A stretch of DNA of 64,000 nucleotides from Podarcis filfolensis (taxonomy: Eukaryota): NCBI GenBank assembly GCA_964270895.1, contig OZ185447.1; one strand, written 5' to 3'. Below the pieces are notes generated by a model. The model searched no databases, was not told the origin of the DNA, and was given only the letters and a program-made list of their open reading frames with translations. Made by a program: the position numbers and the translations under genes. Positions 1 to 11,718 of the stretch are shown in pieces (within the stretch, counting starts at the first letter, position 1; every line of letters starts with the position of its first letter).

Positions 1-60
1 CCCAAACTAGTTAGAAGGGGAATGAGTGCTGATTCCCTGGTCTTTTATACTAATTCTACT

Positions 61-441
61 AGGTAAAAGGTAAAGGACCCCTGATGGTTAAGTCCAGTCA
101 AAGGTGACTATGGGGTGCACACTCAGCTCGCTTTTCATGCCAATGGCATCATCGTTTATCCACAGACATCTTTCTGGGTCATGTGGCCAGCATGACTTAA
201 CTGCTTCTGCTGCAACGGGACACTGTCACGAGTGCCAGAGCACATGAAAACACCATTTACCTTCCTGCTGCAGCAGTACAAATTTATCTACTTCCAGTGG
301 TATGCTCTTGCACTGCTAGGTTAGCAGAAACAGGGACAGAGCAACGGGAGCTCACCCTGTTATGCAGGTTTAAACCTCAGACCTTCCTATTGATATGCTC
401 AGGAGACTCAGTGGTCTAGACCACAGCACCACCCACGTGCC
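61..441 (-). mobile_element. Sauria SINE (older copy, shared by all three tandem units)
   Basis: Minus strand shows a tRNA-like head, the GGGTGAGCTCCC core, CATGCTGGCCACATGACC and an (ACCTTT)-type tail; same layout as the copy at 39873. Confidence 0.85.
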
Positions 442-1091
442 TAGCTGCTAAGTCTACTAGAGATTTCTCAAGGTTGGGAATCTGAAGGATAATTGGCAAA
501 TTAGAACTCACCTGATAGAAAGTACCAACCTGTTTCAGAATCCCCAGTTATTGAAACCTAAATTGTACCATGTCTGTGATAAGTTTAAGTAACTGAAGAA
601 AATCAAAGCTGTACACTAAACAACTTATTGAAAACCTGAGACATCTGATGAGTTCAGTGTGTGTATAGTTTGCTGTTTCTTTGAAGATTTCCAACTCCTG
701 TATTATTTCTGTTTATTATTCTTGTTGTGAATTAAATCCATTTTCTGTTTAAATTCCATACAGCAAGTCTCCGAGTATGAGGATTTTTAAAGAGGAAAAA
801 TACATTAAAAGTAGAAGTAAACTAATCATGCTGTTGAGGTTCCTGTACAGCAAACAGTATAAGAAATCTAATAATCAAAGAAGTTACAGATTTATGGTTA
901 AACCAAAGAATCACTCCAAAATTATTGCTGAGGTACAGGCAATATAGATTGCTAGGTTGGAATCAGGTTCATTTCTGCAATAACTCTGTTATGAGATAGA
1001 CCTTAACAATATACCTACAGACCCTTAATTACCAATGATATGTTCTGTGCTTCTTGGTTTTTCTTGTTGCCATACTCCATGGTTCATATTT

Positions 1092-2048
1092 TCAATTTGT
1101 TGTGTTCTGTACAGAGAACAACCGTGAAACTGTCTTCTTAAATGCTCCCTTCACTTCTTTATTTCTTAGGGTATATATTATGGGGTTCAAAAATGGACTG
1201 ACAACTGTGTACATGAGAGAAATCATTTGGTCACTCCGCGGAGTGTAGCTGGACTTGGGTATTAAGTAGGTGAAGAGGGCTGTCCCAAAAAATAGTGTCA
1301 CCACCATGAGGTGTGAAGAGCAAGTGGAGAAGGCTTTTCTCCTTCCCTTGGCAGAAGGAAGTTTGAGGATGGTTGAAATTATACGGATGTAGGAGAGGAT
1401 GATCAGTAGGAAAGGACTCATGATGAAAATAGTAGACACTGCCATGACAAGAATCTCATTTTTGGAGGTGTCTGTGCATGCCATTTTCACCACTGGTAGG
1501 ATATCGCAGAAGAAGTGCTGGATGTGTTTAGAACCACAGAAGGGTAAACTGAATATCCATGTTGTTTGAGCAATTTCTACTGAGATGCAAGTAATCCATG
1601 ATGCAGCTGCAAGCTGTGCACATACCCGGCGGTTCATGATTACTGTGTAGTGCAATGGATGGCATATGGCAACATAGCGGTCATATGCCATAGCTGCCAG
1701 GAGGCAACATTCTGTCAGCCCCAGGATGGTGAAGGCATACATCTGGGCTGCACATCTTGCTAGGGATATCCTTTTATGCTCTGTTAACAAATGTACCAGC
1801 ATCTGGGGCACCACACTAGTGGTGTAACACATTTCTAAGAATGATAGGTTTACCAAAAAGAAGTACATGGGAGTCTGAAGTGAAGGGTTGAGTTTTATGA
1901 GCAGAATAATGAGCGTGTTTCCCAGCAAGGTGATTATGTATGTCACCAGAAAAACAAAAAACAGCAAGATTTGCAGTTCAGCAAGATATGAAAACCCCTC
2001 CAGAATGAACTCATTCAGATTGGTCTGGTTCTCACCTAGTTTTTCCAT
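1092..2048 (-). CDS. Olfactory receptor, class II (family-10-like), type A copy 1, 318 aa
   Basis: Intact ORF with GN, PMYFFL, MAYDRYVAICHPLHY, HFFCD, KAFSTCSSHL and PFLNPIIYTLRN motifs. Confidence 0.96.
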   Translation of the reverse strand: MEKLGENQTNLNEFILEGFSYLAELQILLFFVFLVTYIITLLGNTLIILLIKLNPSLQTPMYFFLVNLSFLEMCYTTSVVPQMLVHLLTEHKRISLARCAAQMYAFTILGLTECCLLAAMAYDRYVAICHPLHYTVIMNRRVCAQLAAASWITCISVEIAQTTWIFSLPFCGSKHIQHFFCDILPVVKMACTDTSKNEILVMAVSTIFIMSPFLLIILSYIRIISTILKLPSAKGRRKAFSTCSSHLMVVTLFFGTALFTYLIPKSSYTPRSDQMISLMYTVVSPFLNPIIYTLRNKEVKGAFKKTVSRLFSVQNTTN

Positions 2049-2060
2049 AGAATGCTTATC

Positions 2061-2085
2061 CTGTATGGAAAAGGAAAAGACATAT
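2061..2085 (-). promoter_or_regulatory. Splice acceptor of the 5' UTR intron, 12 nt upstream of the OR ATG
   Basis: Minus strand reads TCTTTTCCTTTTCCATACAG|GATAAGCATTCTATG; the same CAG spacing is kept at all five type A/B genes. 5' UTR introns are typical of ORs. Confidence 0.7.
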
Positions 2086-3492
2086 ACAGATCATTAATCA
2101 AATTAGGTAATTATAGTAGAGCTAGCTGGAGCATCCAAAAGGCCCATCTAGTGCATAATCCTATTCTCACCATGGCAAAACAGAAGCCTACATGAAGCCC
2201 TCAAACAGGACAATAATGCAATATCTTTCTCCCCAATGAGGATTTCTTTCTGTGACTATGAAAGAAAGATGGCTAGCAGTCATTAGGATAATCTTACTGG
2301 AGGCAAAAAAGTTCCCAAATTTTCCCACATTCCTTCTCAGAGTTTGGAGTTCTAAATTAACTGGCTTTCTCCCTGGAAATAAAACCAATACATTCAAGAA
2401 TCCTCCCATGGTTCCTTTCAAATTTCTCAATCTTTCAATGAGCACAGTGTAGACACAATTTAGTTGCATTTTCAGCTTCCTCATATATCCCTTCTCTCTC
2501 CAAGTGCATCCACATTGCTAGTGTACAGGTGTACATGTTGAGAAAAAAGGATGCAGTAAAGAAGCTGTGTTATGTCCCCCCCCCCCCCCGTTGACCAAAA
2601 ACAGTGGTCAATGATGCAGCTCTTTAAATATTAACAAATCTATTGTTACATAATAGTTCATGGTCAACAATCCACCAATGCTACTGATGACTTATACGAA
2701 TTCCTAAAAAAGCATAAAAGAGTAAACTTGATCCAGTTGTACATGCATTTGGATTAAGGTTATCACCAGTTGTGTTTTATCACTGTACAGAGCTGCTTTA
2801 TATCTCAGCAAAGCACAACACTTTTAAGAATGCCATCACATGTTCAATACCATCACATTGTTATTATTGACGCTGCCAGAACTCATTCATGCAGATTATT
2901 TTTTAAGTCATAAAGTAATATATTTGCCCCTTGCATCAAAGCTTTTGAGGCTGGGATGGAGAAGTTGAGGTTTTCCAGCTGTTAGTGGACTATTTTCCAT
3001 GGACAATGGAACTCAGATTCCACTAAAACCTGGGGGTCACCCAAAGATCTCCCACCCATGTTTTACAGCATGCTTCAGTATAAGCTCATCTGATCTGTTT
3101 GGTGAAGCAGACTTCAAATTGCAACCTCCTATTAGCCATGAAATGGAAAGCACTCAGGTACAATGGGTTGTACTCTGCTCTTCCACTCACAGAAGAGATT
3201 CTACTTGTGCATTGGAACTTAGATTCTCCTGAAGCACCCCCACACACTCAAAACCTGCTCTAGGAGGTTCAGCGACCTTATGGAGCACACTAGGGGAAGG
3301 GGGGGCATGTGATCAGAAAATGAAACTGAAGTCCCATTGCTTGAATGCTATGAGCACTGTAACTTTTCTTCACTGTGATCTGTGGCTTTGTAGGTAGAGT
3401 AAGGTAAGACACTGAAAAACACACACTAGTTTGATTTGAATCGTTTATATTTCTTTATTTCTTCATTTCTTTCATGGCTTGAATTTTTTGGT

Positions 3493-3677
3493 NNNNNNNN
3501 NNNNNNNNNNNNNNNNNNNNNNNNNNNNNNNNNNNNNNNNNNNNNNNNNNNNNNNNNNNNNNNNNNNNNNNNNNNNNNNNNNNNNNNNNNNNNNNNNNNN
3601 NNNNNNNNNNNNNNNNNNNNNNNNNNNNNNNNNNNNNNNNNNNNNNNNNNNNNNNNNNNNNNNNNNNNNNNNNNNNN
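3493..3677. other. Assembly gap (N run) at the position orthologous to the (GATA)n repeat
   Basis: Flanks match 9241-9250 and ~9327 onward in unit 2. Confidence 0.95.
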
Positions 3678-5098
3678 AGAATATCTCACAGTTGAGATTC
3701 TCCTGACAGTATCTAGCTATAAAAGTGTCTCTCTTCATTACAGACACACATACCAGATTTAAAACACAGTCAATTGTGAGCAATAGTTCTTTGATTTAGA
3801 TGTAACAATCATACCTTACTCCCATAAAATCTTACTTTGCAAAAGAAGTAACTGCTGTTTCGTGCGTCAGAGCGGTGCACAATGATGCACCAAACAAAGA
3901 TATTTTCATATATGTGATCTCATTCTCAATGCAACTGAATTTTGAAGGAATACATTTGGGAATTTTCTGCTAACTAATCTGTGGGGGTTAGGATGGCTAA
4001 GAAAAAAAATGCATTTAATCTTGGGTGATGCAAGAAATTACAATTACTTCCAGAAACCTCACATTTTTATAGGGATTGAAAATACAGCTTTTTAATGCAA
4101 TCTAAATTTCACCCATCTAATTTCCTGTGGGTAAAAGGGGCTGGCCTCAAAACCTCTTTCAGGTTTTTTTCTACAACCAAGCAGTATATAAATTTTATCA
4201 AATAAATGAATGGATGGATAAAAAAGACTAGGTAGTCATGTTTGATTAGAATAACATGAATGGAGTGGGTCGAGCAGTGCATTGTATGCATACCAACAGC
4301 TGCATCCAGAACACTATAGAAGGACTTGAGTTATACACAGTCTTTCATCAGTCTAGATAATAATCTAAGGCAAATGAAGACCAGCTTTGAAGGGAGTGGA
4401 AGTTGCGGTTCAGCATGGCTGTAGTTAATCGGGGTGGACTCCCGGCTCCAGCCTGGCTGTGGGAGGAGCACTGGCTACTGGAGCTCAACCACAGTTGTAG
4501 CCACAAAATGACACTTGCTGAAACAAAGACAGTTTTCAGTGCCAAAAGCTCATCACTGAAGGAGGGCGTTGGTGGCTGCAGTGGCAGTAGGGCCCTGGGT
4601 GGTACCTAACGTTTGTGTGGGATATACTCCCCACAGGGCAGAATTTTAGTAAAATCTAAAACGTGGTCATACACACACTTTGTGTGTGTCAGAACTAGGT
4701 CTGTGAGTAAATGGATACATAAGATTTATTGAGAAAAGATGTCAACTGGATGACAGCAATACACCAGAAAAACCATTGTTACTGAGTGTGCTTCACACTC
4801 AGCTGTTGAATAATCATGTAAGACGCATGTAAAAAGCAGGTTCCTGTACAGCAAACAGTCTGCAAAAAGAAATAATCAAAGCACATGTGGATTTATAGTT
4901 AAAAGCAAGAATCCCTCCCAAATGATCACTGATATACAGACAGTCCAGGTTGCATTGGGTTGGGATCTGGTTGGCTTCCTGCAATAATGCAGCCACGAGC
5001 CGCATTTGAATGAAATATTGACATCTCCTTAATCAGCAGTTACGTCTTTGGTGTTTACTTTTCATCTTTTTTCTATGCTGTATTCTTCAGATATTCAG

Positions 5099-5905
5099 CT
5101 AGTTGGGTTTTGTGGGTTTTGTTTTATTATATGCTTTCTGCACTTCTTCATTTCTTAGGGTATATAGTATGGGATTTAAAGCTGGAGTGACAACTGTGTA
5201 CATAAGAGCACTCATTTGGTCACTCCGTGAAGTGTAACTGGACTTGGGCATTAAGTAGGTGAAGAGGCCTGACCCAAAGAATAATGTCACCACCGTGAGG
5301 TGTGAGGAGCGAGTGGAGAAGGTGTTCCGCCTTTGTTCAGCAGAAGGAAGCTTAAGGATGGTTGAAATTATACAGACGCAGGAGAAGGTAATCAGTAGGA
5401 ATGGACAAATGATGAAAGAAATGGTCACTGCCATGATTGCAATCTCATTTTATAGGTGCATACAATTTTCACCACTAGTAGGATATCACAAAAGAAGTGC
5501 TGGATGTGTTGAGAGCCACAGAAGGATAAGCTGAAGATCCATGCTGTCTGAGCAATTTGTACCCAGAAGGAAATAATCCACGCTGTGACTGCCAACTGTG
5601 TACATACTTGGTGATTCATGATTTCTGTGTAGTGCAATGGGTGGCATATGGCAACATAGTGATCATATGCCATGGCTGCCTGGAGGCAGCATTCTGTCAT
5701 CCCCAGGAAGTTAAAGGCATACATCTGAGCTGCACATCTAGCTTTCGGAATGCTTTTATGCTTTGTTTACAGATGTGCCAACATCTGGGGCACCACAATA
5801 GTGGTGTAACCAATTTCTAACCAAGAATGGTTTACCAGAAAGAAGTACATGGGAGTTTGAAGGGAATGGTTGAGTTTCACAATCAGAATTATGAGCATGT
5901 TCAGA
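5099..5905 (-). pseudogene. OR pseudogene (frameshifted, N-terminus missing; probably chimeric)
   Basis: Fragments NMLIILIVKLNHSLQTPMYFF, AAMAYDHYVAICHPLHY, QHFFCDI and TFSTRSSHL...PALNPILYTLRN lie in different frames. Confidence 0.92.
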
Positions 5906-5944
5906 ACTCTGTTGCCAAATGTTGTGTTGGTTGGATCATGTGCA

Positions 5945-6330
5945 GAGAAGATTTTTATTACTGATTCTCAAATGCCCCATTCACTTATTCTTTTCCTTAG
6001 GGTATATGTGATGGGGTTTAAAGCAGGAATCACTACAGTGTTCATAAAATAAATAATATTGTCACTCACCAGAGTGTAGCTGGATTGGGGCCTAATGGAG
6101 GCAAATAAGGCTTTCCGATAGAATAATTTCACTACCATGAAGTGTGAGGATCAGAATGAAATTTAAGGGTAGCCTAGATCATATGGATGTAGGAGACAAT
6201 GATCAGCAAGAATGGACAGCACCTTCATATTTGGAGGTGTCTATACATACCATTTTTTACTAGTGGAGGGATATCACAGAATAAGTGCTGCCCAAAATTG
6301 GTTCCTGGCATTGGGTTGGTCAACAGTAGT
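5945..6330 (-). pseudogene. Degenerate OR 3'-half fragment (type C)
   Basis: Minus strand gives QHLFCDI and FMNTVVIPALNPITYTLRKR. Confidence 0.8.
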
Positions 6331-6612
6331 ACCTCTTGAGTTGTGTGAAAACCATTCTGAAGGAGTATTTACAGACAGAGAAGGCAGTCTCTGAGCTGGA
6401 GTTAGATTGAAAGATAAAGGTTATTGACTTTAAAGTATACAGAACTGGAAAGCTGAATTTTAGTATAGGAGTAGTGGAGTTGTGAGGGAATGCTCTACTT
6501 AAACCTCAGTCAAGTAGGAAGAGGATGTATCTTCTAGTGAGAGAAGAATAATGTCAAACTAGTTAGAAGGGGAATGAGTGCTGATTCCCTGGTCTGATAT
6601 TCTACGTCAACT

Positions 6613-6994
6613 AGTTAAAAGGTAAAGGACCCCGGGATAGTTAAGTCCAGTCAAAGGTGACTATGGGCTGCACACACATCTCACATTTAAAGCCAAGGGT
6701 GTCATCGTTTATCCACAGACATCTTTCTAGGTCATGTGGCCAGCATGACTAAACCGCTTCTGCTGCAACAGGACACTGTCACGAGTGCCAGAGCACCTGG
6801 ACACACCATTTACCTTCCTGCTGCAGCGGTACAAATTTATCTACTTGCACTGGTATGCTTTCGCACTGCTATGTTAGCAGAAGCTAGGAAAGAGCAATGG
6901 GAGCTTACCCTGTTATGCAGGTTTAAATCTCAGACCTTCCGATTGACAAGCTCAGGAGGCTCCGTGGTTTAGAACACAGCACCACCCACGTGCC
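6613..6994 (-). mobile_element. Sauria SINE (duplicated copy of 61-441)
   Basis: Same sequence and flanks as 61-441. Confidence 0.85.
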
Positions 6995-7654
6995 TAGCCA
7001 CTAAGACTTCTAGAGATTTCTAAAGATTGGGAAGGATAACTGGCAGATTATCCTTCCCAAGTCTTTCAGAACTCACCTGACAGAAAGTACCAACCTGTTT
7101 CAGAATAACCAGTTATTGAAACCTAAACTGTACAATGTCTGTAATAAGTTCAAGTAACTGAAGAAAATCAAAGCTGTACGCTAACCAACTTATTGAAAAG
7201 CCTGTGACATCTGATGAGTTCAGTGTGTGTATAGTTTGCTGTTTCTTTGCAGATTTCCAACTCCCATATTATTTCTGTTTATTATTCTTGTTGTGAATTA
7301 AATCCTTTTCCTGTTCAAATTCCATACAATAAGTCTCCGAGTTTAATTTTTTTTAAAGAGGAAAAATACATTAACAGTAGAGTAAACTAATCATGCTGTA
7401 GAAGTTCCTGTATAGCAAACAGTATAAGAAATCTAATCATCAAAGAAGGTACAGATTTATCGTTAAACCAAAGAATCACTCCAAAATTATTGCTGAGGTA
7501 CAGGCAATATAGGTTGCTAGGTTGGAATCAGGTTCATTTCTGTACTAACTGTTATAAATTAGACCTTAACAAAATACTTACAGCCATTTAATCAAAAATG
7601 ATATGTCCTGTTTTTATTTATTTTTCTTGTTGCCATACTCCATGCTTCAAATTT

Positions 7655-8611
7655 TCAACTTGCTGGGTTCTGTACAGAGAACAACCGTGAAACTGTCTTC
7701 TTAAATGTTCCCTTCACTTCTTTATTTCTTAGGGTATATATTATGGGGTTCAAAAATGGACTGACAACTGTGTACATAAGAGAAATTATTTGGTCACTCC
7801 GTGGAGTGTAGCTGGACTTCGGCATTAAGTAGGTGAAGAGGCCTGACCCATAGAATAATGTCACCACCATGAGGTGTGAGGAGCAAGTGGAGAAGGCTTT
7901 TCTCCTTCCCTTAGCAGAAGGAAGTTTGAGGATGGTTGAAATTATACGGATGTAGGAGAGGATGATCAGCAGGAAAGGACTCATGATGAAAATAATAGAC
8001 ACTGCCATGACAAGAATCTCATTTTTGTAGGTGTCTGTGCATGCCGTTTTCATCACTGGTAGGATATCACAAAAGAAGTGCTGGATGTGTTTAGAACCAC
8101 AGAAGGGTAAGCTGAAGATCCATGCTGTCTGAGCAACTTGTACCAAGAAGCAAATAATCCACGCTGCGGCTGCCAACTGTGTACAGACTTGGTGATTCAT
8201 GATTTCGGTGTAGTGCAATGGGTGGCATATGGCAACATAGCTATCATATGCCATAGCTGCCAAGAGGCAACATTCTGTCAGCCCCAGCATGGCGAAGGCA
8301 TACATCTGGGCTGCACATCTTGCTAGGGATATCCTTTTATGCTCTGTTAACAAATGTACCAGCATCTGCGGCACCACACTAGTGGTGTAACACATTTCTA
8401 AGAATGATAGGTTTACCAAAAAGAAGTACATGGGAGTCTGAAGAGAAGGGTTGAGTTTTATGAGCAGAATAATGAGCGTGTTTCCCAGCAAGGTGATTAT
8501 GTATGTCACCAGAAAAACGAAAAACAGCAAGATTTGCAGTTCAGCAAGATATGAAAACCCCTCCAGAATGAACTCATTCAGATTGGTCTCGTTCTCACCT
8601 AGTTGTTCCAT
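7655..8611 (-). CDS. Olfactory receptor, type A copy 2, 318 aa (DRY changed to DSY)
   Basis: Intact ORF with OR motifs; MAYDSY in place of MAYDRY. Confidence 0.93.
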   Translation of the reverse strand: MEQLGENETNLNEFILEGFSYLAELQILLFFVFLVTYIITLLGNTLIILLIKLNPSLQTPMYFFLVNLSFLEMCYTTSVVPQMLVHLLTEHKRISLARCAAQMYAFAMLGLTECCLLAAMAYDSYVAICHPLHYTEIMNHQVCTQLAAAAWIICFLVQVAQTAWIFSLPFCGSKHIQHFFCDILPVMKTACTDTYKNEILVMAVSIIFIMSPFLLIILSYIRIISTILKLPSAKGRRKAFSTCSSHLMVVTLFYGSGLFTYLMPKSSYTPRSDQIISLMYTVVSPFLNPIIYTLRNKEVKGTFKKTVSRLFSVQNPAS

Positions 8612-9263
8612 AGAATGCTTAACCTGTATGGAAAAGGAAAAGATATATATAAATCATGTATTAAATCAGGTAATTATAGTAGAGCTAGCTGGAGCATCCA
8701 AAAGGCCAATCTAGTGCATAATCCTAATTTCACTGTGGCAAAACACAAGCCTACGGGAAGCCTTCAAACAGGACAATAATGCAATAGCTCTCTTCCCAAT
8801 AGGATTACTGTCTGTGACAATGGAAGTAAGATAAAGGGGGGAAGGGGGGCATGTGATCATAAAATGAAACTGCAACCTCCTATTAGCCATGAAATGGAAA
8901 GCACTCAGGTACAATGGGTTGTACTCAACACTGCTCTTCCTCTCACAGAAGAGACTCTACTTGTGCATTGGAACTTAGATTCTCCTGAAGCACCCACACA
9001 CACTCAAAAACTGCTCTAGGAGGTGCAGCGACCTTATGGAGCACACTGGGGGAAGGGGGGGGCTGTGATCAGAAAATGAAACTGAAGTCCCATTGCTTGA
9101 ATACTATGAGCACTGTACCTTTTCTTCACTGTGATCTGTGGCTTTGTAGGTAGAGTAAGGTAAAACACTGGAAAACACACACTAGTTTGATTTGAATCGT
9201 TTATATTCCTTTATTTCTTCATTGCTTTCATGGCTTGAATTTTCTTGGTTGTAAAATAAAAAT

Positions 9264-9330
9264 GAAGATAGATAGATGATAGAGATAGATGATAGATAGA
9301 TAGAGAGAGAGAGATTGATAGATGATAGAA
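9264..9330. repeat. (GATA)n/(GA)n microsatellite
   Basis: AAGATAGATAGATGATAGAGATAGATGATAGATAGATAGAGAGAGAG. Confidence 0.9.
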
Positions 9331-10761
9331 TATCTCACAGTTGAGATTCTCCTAACAGTATCTAGCTATAAAAGCATTACAGACAAACATACCAAAATTA
9401 AAACACAGTCAATTGTGAGCAAAAGTTCTTCGACTTAGATGTACAATCATACCTTACTCCCATAAAATCTTACTTTGCAAAAGAAGTAACTGCTGTTTCG
9501 TGCGTCAGAGCGGTGCACAATGATGCACCAAACAAAGATATTTTCATATATGTGATCTCATTCTTCATGCAACTGAATTTTGAAGGAATACATTTGGGAA
9601 TTTTCTGCTAACTAATCCATGGGAGTAAGTATGGCTAACAAAAAATATATACATTTAATCCTTGGGTGATGCAAGAAATTACAATTACTTCCAGAAACCT
9701 CACATTTTTATAGGAATTGAAAATACAGCTTTTCAATGCAATCCAAATTTCACCCATCTAATTTCCTGTGGGTAAAAGGGGCTGGACTCAAAACCTCTTT
9801 CAGGTTTTTTCTACAACCAAGCAGTATATAAATTTTATGAAATAAATGAATGGATGGATAAAAAAGACTAGGTAGTCATGTTTGATTAGAATAACATGAA
9901 TGGAGTGGGTCGTGCAGTGCATTGTATGCATACCAACAGCTGCATCCAGTACACTATACAAGGACTTGAGTTATACACAGTGCTTCATCAGTCTAGATAA
10001 TTATCTAAGGCAAATGAAGACCAACTTCGAAGAGAGTGGAAGTTGCGGTTCAGCATGGCTGTAGTTATTCGGGTGGTCCTCCTGGCTCCAGCCTGGCTTT
10101 GGGAGGAGCACTGGCTGTTGTGGGGCACACTGGCTGCTGGAGCTCACCCACAGTTGTAGCCACAAAATGACACCTGCTGAAGCAAAGACAGTCTTCAGTG
10201 CCAAAAGCTCATCACTGAAGGAGGGTGTTCGGGGCTGCAGTGGCAGTAGGGCCTTGAGTGGCACCTAATGTGTGTGGGGGAGATACTCTCCACTGCCTTC
10301 CCCACAGGGGAATATTTTAGTAAAAATCTAAAACGTGGTCATACACCTTGTGTGTGTCAGAATTAGGTCTTTGATTAAATGAATGCCTAAGATTTATTGA
10401 GAAAAGGTGTCAACTGGATGACAGCAGTAAACCGGAAAAACCATTGTTACTGAGAGTGCTTCACACTCAGCTGTTGAATAATCATGTAAGACACATGTAA
10501 AAAGCAGGTTCCTGTACAACAAACAGTCTACAAAAAGAAATAATCAAAGCACATGTGGATTTATAGTTAAAAGCAAGAATCCCTCCCAAATGACCACTGA
10601 TATACAGACAGTCCAGGTTGCATTGGGTTGGGATCTGGTTGGCTTCCTACAATAATGCAGCCACAAGCCGTATTTGAATCAAATATTTACATCCCCTTAA
10701 TAAGTAGAAACGTCTTTGGTGTTTACTTTTTTTTTCTTTCTGTACTCCATTCAACAGATAT

Positions 10762-11718
10762 TCAGCTAGTTGGGGTTTGCGGAGAGAAGACCCTTGCAAT
10801 TGTTTTCTTATATGCTTTCTGCACTTCTTTATTTCTTAGGGTATATATAATGGGATTTAAAACTGGAGTGACAACTGTGTACATAAGAGCACTCATTTGG
10901 TCACTCCGTGAAGTGTAGCTAGTCTTGGGCATTAAGTAGGTGAAGAGGCCTGACCCAAAGAATAATGTCACCACCGTGAGGTGTGAGGAGCAAGTGGAGA
11001 AGGCTTTCCGCCTTTGATCAGCAGAAGGAAGCTTAAGGATGGTTGAAATTATACGGATGTAGGAGAGGATGATCAGCAGGAAAGGACTCATGATGAAAAT
11101 AATAGACACTGCCATGACAGCAATCTCATTTTTGTAGGTATCTGTGCATGCCGTTTTCACCACTGGTAGGATATCACAAAAGAAGTGCTGGATGTGTTTA
11201 GAACCACAGAAGGGTAAGCTGAAGATCCATGCTGTTTGAGCAACTTGTACCAAGAAGCAAATAATCCATGCTGCGGCTGCCAACTTTGTACAGACTTGGT
11301 GATTCATGATTACTGTGTAGTGCAATGGGTGGCATATGGCAACATAGCGGTCATATGCCATAGCTGCCAGGAGGCAACATTCTGTGAGCCCCAGGATGGT
11401 AAAGGCATACATCTGGGCTGCACATCTAGCTTTGGAAATGCTTTTATGCTTTGTTAACAGATGTGCCAACATCTGGGGTACCACACTAGTGGTGTAACCT
11501 ATTTCTAAGAAAGATAGGTTTACCAAAAAGAAGTACATGGGAGTTTGAAGGGCATGGTTGAGTTTCACAAGCAGAATTATGAGAATGTTCCCAACTAAGG
11601 CAGTAATGTATATCACCAGAAAAAACAAAAACAACAAGAAGTGCCATTCAGCAAGGTATGAAAACCCTACCAGGATGAACTCATTTAGACTGGTCTGGTT
11701 CTCAGCTAGCTCTTCCAT
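10762..11718 (-). CDS. Olfactory receptor, type B copy, 318 aa
   Basis: Intact ORF; MAYDRYVAICHPLHY, KAFSTCSSHL, PVLNPIIYTLRN. Confidence 0.96.
   Translation of the reverse strand: MEELAENQTSLNEFILVGFSYLAEWHFLLFLFFLVIYITALVGNILIILLVKLNHALQTPMYFFLVNLSFLEIGYTTSVVPQMLAHLLTKHKSISKARCAAQMYAFTILGLTECCLLAAMAYDRYVAICHPLHYTVIMNHQVCTKLAAAAWIICFLVQVAQTAWIFSLPFCGSKHIQHFFCDILPVVKTACTDTYKNEIAVMAVSIIFIMSPFLLIILSYIRIISTILKLPSADQRRKAFSTCSSHLTVVTLFFGSGLFTYLMPKTSYTSRSDQMSALMYTVVTPVLNPIIYTLRNKEVQKAYKKTIARVFSPQTPTS

Larger units (their letters stand above)
1..6554. repeat. Tandem segmental duplication unit 1 (left end outside window)
   Basis: CAAACTAGTTAGAAGGGGAATGAGTGCTG occurs at 3, 6555 and 14334; collinear SINE, OR and spacer follow each. 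Confidence 0.9.

Noticed and set aside
3426-3783. ORFs containing X runs (also 18128-18424)
   Set aside because: Artefacts of N gaps.
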